Shown here: positions 30,631 through 50,991 of the stretch, in pieces
How the letters are laid out: each line of letters begins with the position of its first letter
Position numbering within the stretch: the first letter of the stretch is position 1
Translations under genes and position numbers: made by a program
Assembly: GCF_009914755.1 (NCBI RefSeq)
Contig: NC_060944.1
DNA: 64,000 nt
Strand: one strand, 5' to 3'
DNA from: the human T2T-CHM13v2.0 reference genome, Homo sapiens
The notes under the pieces: generated by a model
The model's database searches: none
Seen by the model: only the letters and a program-made list of their open reading frames with translations
Told to the model about the DNA's origin: nothing

Positions 30631-30925
30631 CAGTTTTTGCCTTTCACCCCATTTATGGCAGTCATCTTGTTTTTATTCTATATGCTTTTTTTGGGCAATT
30701 GAAAAAATATTCATAAATTTGAAAAGAACTCCAGAAATATACAAGGATAATTCAACTAACATTCTTGTCTCCCATAGTCCCATGGCCCACTACTGTTAGT
30801 ATTTGGTCATGAGGGCCTCAGGGCCATACACTGGCCTGCAGGGCCCAGCTTCTTCTGGCCACCTGTTGCCTCACCTTCCTATTGATTCTGCTGCAGCCAC
30901 ATGGCCTCCTTGCTATCCTGCAGGC

Positions 30926-31283
30926 ATAACTTACGGATTCTAGTTGAGTTCTTTAGTAATTGCAAACTATATTTTTGCTGCTGTTATATTAGAATAATTT
31001 TTAAATGTCATCTTGAAATAGAAATATTTATTTTAAGCACTCATGCAAAGGTAAATGAACACTTTTTAAATGTGTTCATTGCTTATTTTTTCCATAAGAA
31101 TTGTAAACATTAAACTGAACAAATTACCCATAATGGTTTTGATTAATGACTTAAGAGCAAGCTGGTTTGGCCAGACAGTGTACCCAAACTTTTATATACC
31201 ATAGAATGTTATTACACTTGTGAAATTCTCTTGTCTAACCTGAATTTACATTCCATGGTGGTTACATGGTATATGTATTGTTA
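30926..31283 (+). pseudogene. Second, partial copy of the HIGD1A 3' UTR (358 bp) inserted in an L2
   Basis: Ungapped match to 28309-28666 with about 21 mismatches by manual count (~94%); no poly(A), no TSD. Confidence 0.92.
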
Positions 31284-31399
31284 CACTCCTACCTCTGGGC
31301 CTTGTTCAAGCACACTTTTATTGAGTACTTTTTATCCCCAGCCAGAGCAAGTAGATCCATTGGGAACATATCAGTAATGTGATGGGTAATATTTATTTA

Positions 31400-32784
<1,385 letters not shown>

Positions 32785-33599
32785 TAAATCAAGTGAAATG
32801 AACAGAGTCCCTGCCTTTAGGGGCATTGCACAGTATGTGATGCAAACTTCTGCTCTCGGGGCACTCATTAAAGCAGTGTGTACACTCAGAGTAAGAGGCT
32901 TAGTAGGGTGGCTAGATTTGGAGGGTGGTGTGTGGTACAAGTGATGTCAGTACTCCAGGACTGGGTGGTGCCTTTTGAATTCTTTGAGTTGTGGAAAATG
33001 TCTTGATCTGGAAACTGAATGGTGTTTCTGGTGTTTCTTTGGAAACATAGGTTTAGTGGTGTGAGTACAGGACGATCCAGAAAGATTGCTGGGGGAAAGG
33101 GAGGTTGTTGAGAACTCATTCACCAGGAATGTATTAACGTAAGTAAGCGGAAATAGGGCGGGACCATGACCATCTTCAGAAGCATCCAGCCAGGTCCCTG
33201 GAAGCTGGGATGCTGCGTTAGTCACTGTTTAGTGTTGCTTTCCTGAGTCGGTGCCATAGTCTTGCGTTTTTAAACCGAGATGGAGTCACAATCTGAGAAA
33301 TTGGTGTGAAGGAGGCTCATGGGCAGCAGGAGGAGGAGGAGCTGGGAGGGCAACACATCTAGTCTAGGGCTAGCTGTTCCAACCTAACTCTGGCATTTGG
33401 GGCAGCTCTGCCACCTTGTGGAATGAGTGCTCAGTGATTTCTGTGGGGGCTGAGTGCAGAGATCTGCATTCCAGGGGCTAGCCTTGAAATGTTCACCAGG
33501 ACTATATGTCGGTGTGGTTCCTTTCCTTCCACTTGAGTATTTGTGGCTTCAAAGTATTTTTCCTACGTATGTAGATGCATATTTTTTCCTGAATATATT

Positions 33600-35085
<1,486 letters not shown>

Positions 35086-35097
35086 TTATAATCTTGA

Positions 35098-35328
<231 letters not shown>

Positions 35329-36214
35329 TGACCTCAAGTGATCCGCCTGCCTCACCCTCCCAAAGTGTTGGGATTACAGGTGTGAGCCACTGTGCCTGGC
35401 CTTCGCTAATCTTTGATTGCTTTTTGATGCTTCAAGCTGAAAAAATTATTCCTTCATAGACATGAAAAATATTTTATTCATTATATTATGTGAAATATAT
35501 ATCAAAAAGGTATCAAACTGCTGGGCCACATGGCGTGATTGCCGACAAGAATAGCAACTGTGTTGGGCCTTGGTCCTGAGGGAACACATGACAATGAGAA
35601 GTGGCTCTTTTCCCCTGGCTGGAGAAGTGACAAATAACAGGATCCAGGAGCAGATGTTAAGTGCTGATGATGAGGTAGAGCAGATAGTCATTTGTGGCAG
35701 GAATTGATGGCATGTGGTCCCTGAGAGCCAGGGCCATCTGGATGTCTTTCTGTTTGTGGAGTGAGCTGGGTCTGGATGGAAGTGAAGACTTGGCTGAGCC
35801 AGGGAGGAATGGCAGGAAGAGGGCACAGGCCAAGCAGGGGTGTGAACTGCGAGAGCATGAAGCAGTTGCTGGAGCAGGAGCTGAGGCCTCCTTATGGATG
35901 AATGGGAGGTGCGTTTGGAAGCAAGATGCCACTATTGGAGTGACGTGGGCCTTGAATGCCAGACTGAGCATTGCCAGCCAGACGGAATATCACCATCATC
36001 ATAATCTAATCATAGTCATCCAGTTGTGAGGTCATCTGATACTGGCAATGGGTACACAAAATATTAAATAGGATATTTATTTCTAAGCCAAATTTCAGAA
36101 AACAATTTACAAACTTTTTTTAAAGTATAAACATAGTGTATGCTTACTATAAAAGGAAAAGTATAAAACATTACTCAAGTATATATAGAAAATGAGTGGG
36201 CTGCTGATCCCCCT

Positions 36215-36900
36215 CTATATTATCTATTGCTGTGTGACAGTATTACCACAAATACAGTAGCTGAAACAACACATTTGTTTTCTCACAGTTTCTGTGGGTG
36301 AGGAGTTCAAGCATAGCTTGGTCCTCTGCAAGCTTACAATCCAAGGGTTGGCTCAGGCTGTATTCTCATCTGAGCACTCTACTGGGGAGGGTTTCAGGCT
36401 TACCTGATGGTTGGCGGCATTCAGTCCTTCTAGACTGTCAGACTGAGGGCCTTGGTTTTTGCTGGTGCACTCAGTTCCTTGCTTCATATAGAGTAGCTCA
36501 CAATGTAGCAGCTTGTTTCACTAAGACAGCAAGGAAGAGTGTTTCCTAGTAAGACAGACACTGTAGTCTTACCTAATACAATCATGAAAGTGACATACTG
36601 TCTCCTTCGCCATATTCTGTTAGAGACAGGTTACAGCTTTGCCCAGTGGCAGTATCCTAGCCAATGAGGTTTATCTGAGGCATGATTATTAAAATAATTG
36701 AAAATTTTCCCAATACACCAAAGTGACAACTTACAACATAGGTTGGCAATGGCAATTTTTGACATGTCTACAAAGACTGAATTAAAAAAAAAAAAAAAAA
36801 AAAGAAGAAGTTACAGGTTCTGCCCACACTCAAGAGGAAGAGATTATATCAGGGCGTGAATACCAGGAGGCAGGGATTATTAGGAAACATTTTAGGGTTT
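36215..36900 (-). mobile_element. MLT1 (MaLR) solo LTR, F-like, interrupted by the U4 retrocopy
   Basis: tctattgctgtgtgac...tctcacagtttctgtggg...gcccacactcaagagg...gtgaataccaggaggcaggg. Confidence 0.8.
36635..36803 (+). pseudogene. RNU4-40P: U4 snRNA retropseudogene, full length with poly(A); symbol number from memory of this locus
   Basis: agctttgcccagtggcagtatcctagccaatgaggtttatctgagg...ggcaatttttgac...agactgaatt is colinear with U4, including the Sm site; A20 tail; degenerate TSD agagacaggttac / agaagaagttac; inserted in an MLT1 LTR. Confidence 0.93.
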
Positions 36901-36975
36901 AACTCCACACCCTCCCCCGAAAATAGATAAAGAAAACACTGCTTAGGGTTACCTTTTTTTTTTTTTTTTTTCTGA

Positions 36976-37080
<105 letters not shown>

Positions 37081-38259
37081 TGAGTAGCTGGGATTATAGG
37101 CTTGCACCACCATGCCCGGCTAATTTTGTATTTTTTAGTAGAAATGGGGTTTCTCCATGTTGGTCAGGCTGGTCTCCAACTCCCGACCTCAGGTGACCCA
37201 CCCACCTTGACCTCTCAAAGTGTTGGGATTACAGGTGTGAGCCACCACGCCTGGCCTAGGGTAACCATTATTAAAAGCAAAATTTGTGGACCATTTTTCT
37301 CTGCACATACCAAAGTATAGTAGTAATTTAGGAACAACAAGAGCAAAGGGTGACTGTTGAGATTTTGAGCCTGGATGCCCAGGAGAGAGCTCTGTGCTTT
37401 TTCTTGATTCCTCCTAACAATAATTTGTTAAACAGGAGGGAGAGGACAGAGCAGGTAAATGATAATATCAGTAACTACTTGGAAATAGTGATTTTCATAC
37501 TGCTTTTAAAAGAGGAATAAACTGGTTTCAGTAGATGACCTTATCCCAAGAGTAATTGAGTTCCCCCTCACTTTTGAACCAGCAACTTTAAGATTTAATT
37601 TACAATATTTTCTTCTGGGCATGGTGGCTCATGCCTGTAATCCCAGCACTCTGGGAGGCTGAGGCAGGAAGATCACTTGAGCCAAGGAGTTGGAGATCAG
37701 CCTTGGGCAACATAGGGAGACCCTCATCTCTTTTTTTTTTTTTTTTAATTAATAATTTACATGTCTTCTGCCCTCTGTCTCTGAGTAACTGCTCTCATGT
37801 TGACAAGAACCATATTAGTATGCTAAGGGTGGATGATGTCACTTAGTGGTGTCACCAGCTGCTGCCATGTATGTTCTAAATGAACTGTCCTCCCATAGGG
37901 GAATACATACCTGTGTGTGAGACTGGGATTTATGTAGACTTTGGCCCAGCAGGCCCATTTGACAACCAGTGGCCCTCTTAGTTTCTTTTTTTTTTTTTTT
38001 TTTTTTTTTTGAAATGGAGTCTCGCTGTGTCACCTAGGCTGGAGTGCACTGGCACAATCTTGGCTTACTGCACCCTCTGCCTCTGGGCTCAAGCGATTCT
38101 CCTGCCTCAGCCTCCTGAGTAGCTGGGATTATAGGTGCACACCACCACGCTCAGCTAACTTTTGTATTTTTAGTAGAGACGGGGTTTTGTCATGTTAGCC
38201 AGGCTAGTCTCGAACTCCTGACTTTGTGATTCGCCCACCTTGTCCTCCCAACGTGCTGA

Positions 38260-38575
<316 letters not shown>

Positions 38576-38870
38576 TGATCTGCCCATCTCAGCCTCCTAG
38601 AGTGCTGAGATTACACGCATGAGCCACTGTGCTTGGCCATATTTTGAGTTTTATTTCGCATAGTTATACCATGCATATTCTGTTTCTTAATTAATTAATT
38701 AATTATTTTAAAATTATTTTTGAGACAGGGTCTCACTCTGTTGCTTAGGCTGGAGTCTCAGTGGTGCAATCTCGTCTCACTGCAACCTCTGTCCCCAGGT
38801 TCAAGTGATTCTCTCACCTTAGCCTCCCAAGTAGCTGGGACTAGAAGCATGCACCACCATGCCTGGCTAA

Positions 38871-39131
<261 letters not shown>

Positions 39132-39189
39132 TAGCCGAGACTATGGGTGCATGCCACCACACCCATCTACTTTTTGTATTTTTTCGTAG

Positions 39190-39300
<111 letters not shown>

Positions 39301-40033
39301 TGACCTATTTTAAAATGTAGGATATTTTTGCTGAATGCATAATTTTAATGTTCCTATTGTGATTTTATTAATTATCACTAATCCTTCATTGTTTGATTAA
39401 TAAAGGAGGGCAATTAGATGTTAGAATTTTGCAGATTGTACCAGTGACACATGGTCCCTTGGCTAGAATTATGCATAACTTTGATTGTTTTGAGCAAACA
39501 ACTGTGAGGTCAGTGACAACAATAATGACAAATAATATTCAAGTAACCTCTTGCTGTTAATACTGGGTTTTGTGGCCAGGCACAGTGCCTCACGCCTTGT
39601 AATCCCAACACTTCAGGAAGCCGAAGTGGGCAGATCACCTGAGGTCAGGAGTTCGAGACCAGCCTGGCCAACAGAGTGAAACCCCATCTCTACTAAAAAT
39701 ACAAAATAATTAGCCAGGCATGGTGGCACACATCTCTAATCCTAGCTACTCGGGAGGCTGAGGTAGGAGAATCACTTGAACCCGGAGGTGGAGGTTGCAG
39801 TGACCCGAGATCGTTCCACTGCATTTCAGCCTGGGTGAGAGAGTGAGACTCTGTCTCAAAAACAAAACAAACAACAATAAAACAAAACAAAACTAAACAA
39901 AACTGGGTTTTGTCTTTAACTGCCTCATGGAAACATATAGGAGAGTTGTGAAATAAGTATTCTTATTCCCATTTAACAATGAGGAAACAGTCTTGGAGAG
40001 GCTAGCTCCCATGTTTGATGTGACAGTACACTA

Positions 40034-40424
<391 letters not shown>

Positions 40425-41049
40425 TTATACAAATAGAAAGGGAAGGACTACAGGATCCATAAAATACTTACAGGAATTCTTCGAGGCAGGACAGAATCTT
40501 TTCTGCTGAGAGACCGGGGTGAAGGCATTGTGCAAGGAGGTGGTATTTGAAGGATGAGCAAGACTTGGTTTGCATGTGGGAACAACATGCCAAATAGAGG
40601 GAACCACATGGCCTAGACTGGCTGAACTGGCAGCCTTTATTGTGCATACAGAGGGCTCCTTTTGGCTGTGCAAAAATTAGGATAAGGTTGTGAAGTCTAG
40701 AAAATATAATTTTTCATGTCTCTAAATATTTGGGTTCAAAAGTAAAATAGTCCAATTTGCAAAACCTTCACGAGAAAGGGACGATTGCTTAAGTCTTGGT
40801 GTTTATGTGTCTTTTTTGTTATTCTATTTTTTATATATTATTTATTTATTTATGTACTTTTTGAGACAGAGTTTGTCACTGTGTTGCCCAGGCTGGAGTG
40901 CAGTGGGCAATCTTGGCTCACTGCAACCTCCGCCTACCGGGTTCAAGCGATTCACCTGCCTCAGCCTCCTGAGAAGCTGGGATTACAGGCATCCGCCACC
41001 ACCCCCAGCTAATTTTTTTTGTTTTTTTTTGTTTTTTTGTTTTTTTTAA

Positions 41050-41229
<180 letters not shown>

Positions 41230-41320
41230 TAGTAGAGACGGGGTTTCACCATGTTGGTCAGGCTGGTCTTGAACTCCCGACCTCAAATGATCTGCCCACC
41301 TTGGCCTCCCAAAGTGCTAG

Positions 41321-41545
<225 letters not shown>

Positions 41546-42288
41546 TAAACATTTTATTCATATATAATATTTTTATCTACTTTTTTTTCTTTAGAGCTCT
41601 ACTTCTGGAAGAATCTACTTTTTGATTTGTGGTTCTGAAATTATAGCAAATTGTGTAATTTATCATATTTTATCACAGGCTAGTATGCATTACTGATTCA
41701 TACCCTGTTTGCAGCTTTTCTCACTCTGATGCTTGTGTTGATTGTTTTTTCCAGCAGTGCAGGGTAGATTATCAACTGGCTTATAATCAGAAGAGCTTGC
41801 TTGTATCACAGTGAGTTATACTTCACTGATTTCACTGGGAAATCTTACTTCCTGAGTTTCCATGGTTAAAGATTTGTAATGCTCAAATCTTCTTTTGATG
41901 TTTATTCCATCAGAGAAAACAGAAACTACTTTGTCTTAGTGTTGCCAAATTGAAAAGAGCCTTTGGTTTGGCCAGGATCTTTGTGATAGTGGCACCTGGC
42001 AGTGTCTTCCCTCCTGAGGAGCATCCGTGCTCACTTGAGCCTCTCTGATCCTAGTACTGCCTGTCAGAGGCAGCTGGTCCACCTGAGTGCCAAGCTGGCG
42101 CTCCTTTGGAGTTTCAGCTGTACTAACTTTTGCTTAGCTGTGAGGAATCAAGGATTTTGCTTTTGCAGGGGGAATTTTTAACCTGTAAACTAAACTCGCT
42201 TGCTTTGAAAGGTTTACTAGATTGGCAGATTATTAGTCTGATTATTAGTCCAGTCATATCTATCTTTCAACAGATAGTTTGGCCATGA

Positions 42289-42498
<210 letters not shown>

Positions 42499-42549
42499 TG
42501 AACTCCTTACCTCAAGTGATTCACCCACCTCGGTCTCCTAAAGTACTAG

Positions 42550-42922
<373 letters not shown>

Positions 42923-43079
42923 TAAAACAATGTTCAGTATTTTGGTGGAACAAGCTTGGTACTATCCTGCATTGTATAGAGTATTACAAAAGAAAATCTT
43001 TAGGTGTCATAGTAAAAGATGTCCCAAAAGGTGGAGATAATAATCACACTGAAATGTGAATAGTCATACTAGGAACCTT

Positions 43080-43235
43080 GTGGTTGGTTTTGAATTTCAC
43101 ACTTTCAGGAGGACGTAGACGAAATGAAGTGCTTTCAGGGTGATATGCGTCCCAGCCAGGGCATATGAAGACTGGTTGAAGAAATGTTTCACACTTGGTT
43201 GATAATTATAATAGCTGTCTCCAGCCATGTTCCAG
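43080..43235 (+). mobile_element. CR1/L3 LINE fragment
   Basis: cacactttcaggaggacgtagacgaaatgaag...catatgaagactggttgaagaa resembles the CR1 3' ORF. Confidence 0.55.
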
Positions 43236-43957
43236 AAATAACATAAGCCTGCTTATGATGTATTTTATATTTGAAATGATAATGGCTTCCATGTGTTGAT
43301 CACCTACTTTGTGCCAAGTACATACATTATCCATAACCTTTTCTCCAAATCTTTGAAATAGGTGGTATTCTTCCCTTAAGAATCTGGATAATTAGACTAG
43401 CTTGCACAGCTAATTTATGCTGCTAATGAAAGGTAGACCTGGGATTAAATGTTGTGCTTTTTGTACTATACCATACTGCCTCTGGCATGAGCATGCAGTG
43501 AGGCTGTGGGTGGTGGACACTTCCCCTCTTCTGCTTATGATCAGGTTAATTCCTGAAATTTAAAATGACATTGAATAGTCATAGTAGATAATATTGAGCA
43601 CTTATGTGCCGTACACCTTTCTAAGCTCTTTGCATGTAATTTATTTAATTCTCACAACTCAGCGAAGTTGTTACCATTATCGTCTCCATCCTGCACATGA
43701 GGAAACTGAGGCAAGGGGTGTAGGTGGAAGAACTCGGTTTTGAAATAGGCTGTCCAGCTGCAGAACCCACACTTAGCCCCTGTACTGTTTGATTTATGTA
43801 GATGACCATTGTGTATACACAAGAGTGCAAGTTTTTGTTTTTGTTTTTGAGACGGAGTCTCACTCTTGTCACCCAGGCTAGAGTGCAATGGCACAATCTC
43901 GGCTCACTGCGATCTCGACCTCCTGGTTCAAGTGATTCTCCTGCCTCGGCCTCCTGA

Positions 43958-44182
<225 letters not shown>

Positions 44183-45056
44183 TGAGACAAGGTTTTACCA
44201 TGTTGGCCAGGCTGGTCTCAAACTCTTGACCTCAAGTGATCTGCCCACCTCAGCCTCTCAAAGTGCTGGGATTACAGGTGTGAGCCACCGTGCCCCGCTA
44301 ATTTTTGTATTTTAGTAGAGATGGGGTTTCGCCATGTTGGCCAGGCTGGTCTTGAACTCCTGACTGCAAGTGATCTGCCCGCCTCAGTTTCCCAAAGTGC
44401 TGGAATTATAGTCGTGAGCCACTGCACAGGGTTCCAGCCTTAGTCTTTTTTAGCCTACAAAATGGCAAGTTTATATGATTTAACCTAATATAGATCAAGG
44501 GAAGGATATTCCAAAATAAACTATTTTTTGTTTTAGGAAAGAATTGGATGTATTAAAGTTTTGTGTTTTGAACTTCTCCACTGACATACTTTTCCTGTCC
44601 AATTATTTGTCTGAGAAGTGTGTATTCTGTTTCACATCGTGTCACTTTTGCTTCTCCTTTTTTTTTTTTTTTTTTTTTTGAGACAGAGTTTCACTCTTAT
44701 TGCCCAAGCCAGAATGCAATGGCGCGATCTCAGCTACTGCAACCTTCGCCTCCCAGGTTCAAGTGATTCTCCTGCCTCAGCCTCCGGAGTTGCTGGGATT
44801 ATAGATGCATGCCACCACGCCCAGCTAATTTTTTATATTTTTAGTGGAAATGGGGTTTCACCATGTTAGCCAGGCTGGTCTGGAATTCCCGACGTCATAT
44901 GATCCGCCTGCCTTGGTCTCCCAAAGTGCTAGGATTACAGGCGTGAGCCATCGCGCCTGGCCAACTTTTTCTTCTCTTACCTGCAACTAATTGATCTGGC
45001 ATCTTTTATATCTCTTGTTATAGGTAGAAAGTGATTTTAAGGCATTATGCTTTGGG

Positions 45057-45057
<1 letters not shown>

Positions 45058-45090
<33 letters not shown>
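45058..45090 (+). repeat. (TG)16 microsatellite
   Basis: Perfect TG run. Confidence 0.95.
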
Positions 45091-45093
<3 letters not shown>

Positions 45094-45666
45094 GGTTTTT
45101 GTTGGTTTAAATTGGCTCTATAACAGCATCCTTCAGACAACCAAACCTAATTTTGAAGTGTAGAGTATAATTTAGATCAAATTTAAGAGTTTTAAAATTA
45201 CCTCTGATTATGGGATGACACTTGAAAAAGTAATCATAATACTTACCAAAGGTTTAACAGGCTACCTGCTTCCAGTGGAGATTGTGTGATTGTGTTTACG
45301 AAAAATCTGATTAACTCAAGAAAGGGCCATTCATTGCATACCGAATTCCTAATTTTTTAAAAAAAGATCCATTTAATATAATATATTCTTGGGTGACCAA
45401 ATCTGTAGCATAGGAATGACTTAATGTGATTTTTTGTTGGTGGGAAGACATTCTAAAGGGAGTCCTCAATAAACTGCATTTCTAACACACAAGAGGTTCT
45501 TGTGGCCTGGGGGCGGTGGCTCACACCTGTAATTCCAGCACTCTGGGAGGCTGAGGCAGGCGGATCACTTGAAGTCAGGAGTTCGAGACCAGGCTGGACC
45601 AGTCTCTACTAAAGCTATGAAAAAAAAAAAACTGGACGTGGTGGTGGGCATCTGTAATCCCAGCTA

Positions 45667-45820
<154 letters not shown>

Positions 45821-45898
45821 TCATTGGTGCCTGACCGACTATTGCCTTCTGCTTATTTGTCTTTTAGGGTCATGCTTTTATTGTCTCTTTGAAATTGA

Positions 45899-46177
<279 letters not shown>

Positions 46178-46501
46178 TAACAAAATTTTTTTTTTTGTAG
46201 AGATGGGGTCTTGCTGAGTTGTCTACACTGGTCTTGAGGATCCTGGCCTCAAGTGATCCTCTTGCCTTGGCCTCATTTATTATTATTTTTAATTGACATG
46301 TAATAATTTTACATATTCATGTGGTACAGTGATATTTCCTTACATGTATACGATGTATAATGATTAAATCAGGATAATTGGCAAATCTGTCACCTTGAGC
46401 ATTTATTTCTTTGTGTTCAGAACATTCAAAATCTGCTTTTCTAGCTATTTGAAAATATACAATAAATTGTTATTAATTATAGTTCCCCCATAGTGCTGTA
46501 G

Positions 46502-46723
<222 letters not shown>

Positions 46724-46782
46724 TAGTAGAGACAGGGTTTCACCATGTTAGCCAGGATGGTCTCAATCTCCTGACCTTGTGA

Positions 46783-47184
<402 letters not shown>

Positions 47185-47577
47185 TAAAACAAAGTACGTG
47201 TTGAAATCTCAAAGACTCAATACTAAAACCTTTGTAACTGTTACACTTTCCTTGCACAAAAACTGACGTAAAATCTCTTAGGTTTCATAGAGAGATACTG
47301 AGGAATGTTCCCTATTTCCGTCCACACAGATAGGTACCAGGATGGTAGTAAATGTAAGTCTGATCCAACTCATAAGTGCTAGCTTGAGATCCTTGATTTT
47401 ATTTATTTTATTTATTTTTTATTTTTTTTGAGACAGAGTCTGGCTCTGTTGACCAGGGTGGAGCACAGTGGCATGATCTCAGCTCACTGCAACTTCTGCC
47501 TTCGGGTTCAAGCAATTATCGTGCCTCAGCCTCCCGAATAGCTAGAATTACAGATGTGCTCCACCATGCCTGGCTAA

Positions 47578-48019
<442 letters not shown>

Positions 48020-48345
48020 TGACCTGAGATCCTTTATTTTTATTTTTATTTTTATCTTTTTAAGGATTTTTCCTTAAAGTATATGAAACCCTGAAAACTT
48101 GTACGACTGTTTAAAATAAACATGTTGATTTCTTCTTCCTAAAGATGAATCACAATTGAGTCTTATTTGACCTGAAGTTGTTTTCATTCTCTCTAAACAG
48201 TAATTTGAGGAGGTAATGGCAGTCTGATGTCTCAGGCTACATTTGCACGCTAGTCTTTCACCCTCAGTTGTCATGTGTTAATGCATGTTTTGTAATAACT
48301 GGGATAAATACAAGGAACCTTTGCTTTTGTTTTTATTTTTTTCAG

Positions 48346-48624
48346 TAACAAATACTTTTAAGAAAACAGATGATTTTGGGTCATCTAATGCACCAGCTGT
48401 CGACCTAGACCATAAGTTTAGATGCAAAGTTGTGGACTGTTTAAAATTTTTCCGCAAAGCCAAACTGTTGCACTATCACATGAAGTATTTCCATGGAATG
48501 GAGAAGTCACTGGAGCCAGAAGAGAGCCCGGGAAAGAGGCATGTCCAAACCAGGGGCCCTTCAGCTTCAGACAAGCCCAGCCAGGAGACCCTGACCAGGA
48601 AGCGGGTCTCTGCCAGTTCCCCAA
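48346..48624 (+). CDS. PHF20: PHF20 coding exon (exon 10), C2H2 zinc finger
   Basis: tttttcag|TA ACA AAT...TCC CCA A|gtaagt; 279 nt, phase 1-1; FRCKVVDCLKFFRKAKLLHYHMKYFH is a C-x4-C...H-x4-H finger. Confidence 0.97.
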
Positions 48625-49484
48625 GTAAGTATCTTCATTCTTCATTGTGTCATGGATGGCTCAGTTGCTTGGCCACAGTGCTTGTGTTTTCTGACACACA
48701 AAGCAGGCATTAGGTTTGTCTGTTCCAGTTGAATCCCACAGGACTGAACATATTAAGTGATCCTCTGGGCTGTGCCACGGAGCTGTGGCCTTCCTACAGG
48801 AAGCAGGAACACCTAACTGAGAATTACCTTGAAAAATCGCTTAGCCTCTGAAGGCCTTGCTGCTTCCAGTATGAGTGGGGACAGTCAAGCAAAGGGACCT
48901 TATTCAGAAGCCAGCAGGAGAACTCGTGCTCAGAGCAGCATGGGTGCCATCGTCCCACTCTCCCAAACCTGTGCGTTTTCCTTGCCAGCAGCACAAAAGA
49001 GCACGATAACCAAAAGGTGATATGTGATTCTACTGCTGGGTCCAAATGTGAATCCTGTTTCATCTTAAGTGCAACTGAAGATATTTATAATAGCACTGTT
49101 TGTTTTGCATAGAAACCATAATAGGGGTTACCATAAAATCTCATTTTATAACTTATTACAGAGAACCTTTTAGGAAATATCTTCTAAAGCTTACAGAAAT
49201 TGAAAAATTACATGTTTCCAGGGGAATTTCAGAAGAATTAATGGATTTCCAATAAATTATATAATCTTCCCAGCTTTTTACTTGCTATTGTAATATCACT
49301 ACCTACTTCTTGGCTTAGAGGTTTTCTATTAAAATGTGTAGGTCTTAAATGGTATATGGAACTCCTAGGACATCTGGCAGTGTTCCCAGTAGAGTATACA
49401 ATCAGGTTTCAGGACAGGGGCAGAGCCATGCAGACTAAGGTGAACTCTGACCCTCCGAGGGGTCAACCTTCATTTATGCTGTCA

Positions 49485-50408
<924 letters not shown>

Positions 50409-50881
50409 GTGTGCTTAAAACATATACTTGGAAATGGTAAAAATGCAGTAAGAATGTAAGAAACTGCAGAGAGATACCAAGATAAAGGATTGGGCTTTTT
50501 ACTTGAAATAATGAATGTAATTGAGAGGATTTTAATGTTTGTTTGTTTCCTTTTATCTGACTTACCTCCAAATTAATCTCCTTTTCAGTCCCATGGCACT
50601 AATCTAGGTTTCTTCTCTTGCCCTGGTTGTTGTGGTCATTTCTTAATCAGTTTTCCTCCCATCATTCTTTACTCACTGTGGTTATCCATCATTTTGCCAT
50701 CGGATCGATCTTTAAGAGTACAGACCTGATTATATCACTCTCTTGCTAAATAATATGTAAGGACAGAATGATGCTTCTGCAAAGCATAAGTTTTGGAGCT
50801 GGGCACATGGGTTGTGAATCCCATCTGTTGCCTCAGTCACTGTTGGACTCTCTTCAGGTCTCCAGACCTCACTGTCTCTGA

Positions 50882-50991
50882 GTGTAAACCTGAGTTCTTG
50901 TGATTAGTTTGTGAGCTAATCTTTTTAATAAGCCTGTGTAAACCTGAGTTCTTGTGATTAGTTTGTGAGCTAATCTTTTTAATAAGCCTGT
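50882..50991. repeat. Perfect 54-bp tandem duplication in a MIR remnant
   Basis: gtgtaaacctgagttcttgtgattagtttgtgagctaatctttttaataagcct x2, no mismatches. Confidence 0.95.

Noticed and set aside
48285-48713. ORF-track starts and stops beyond exon 10 (likewise ORFs 11995-12450 and 18377-18565)
   Set aside because: The extensions are intronic read-through; strong splice sites and frame continuity define the real exon limits
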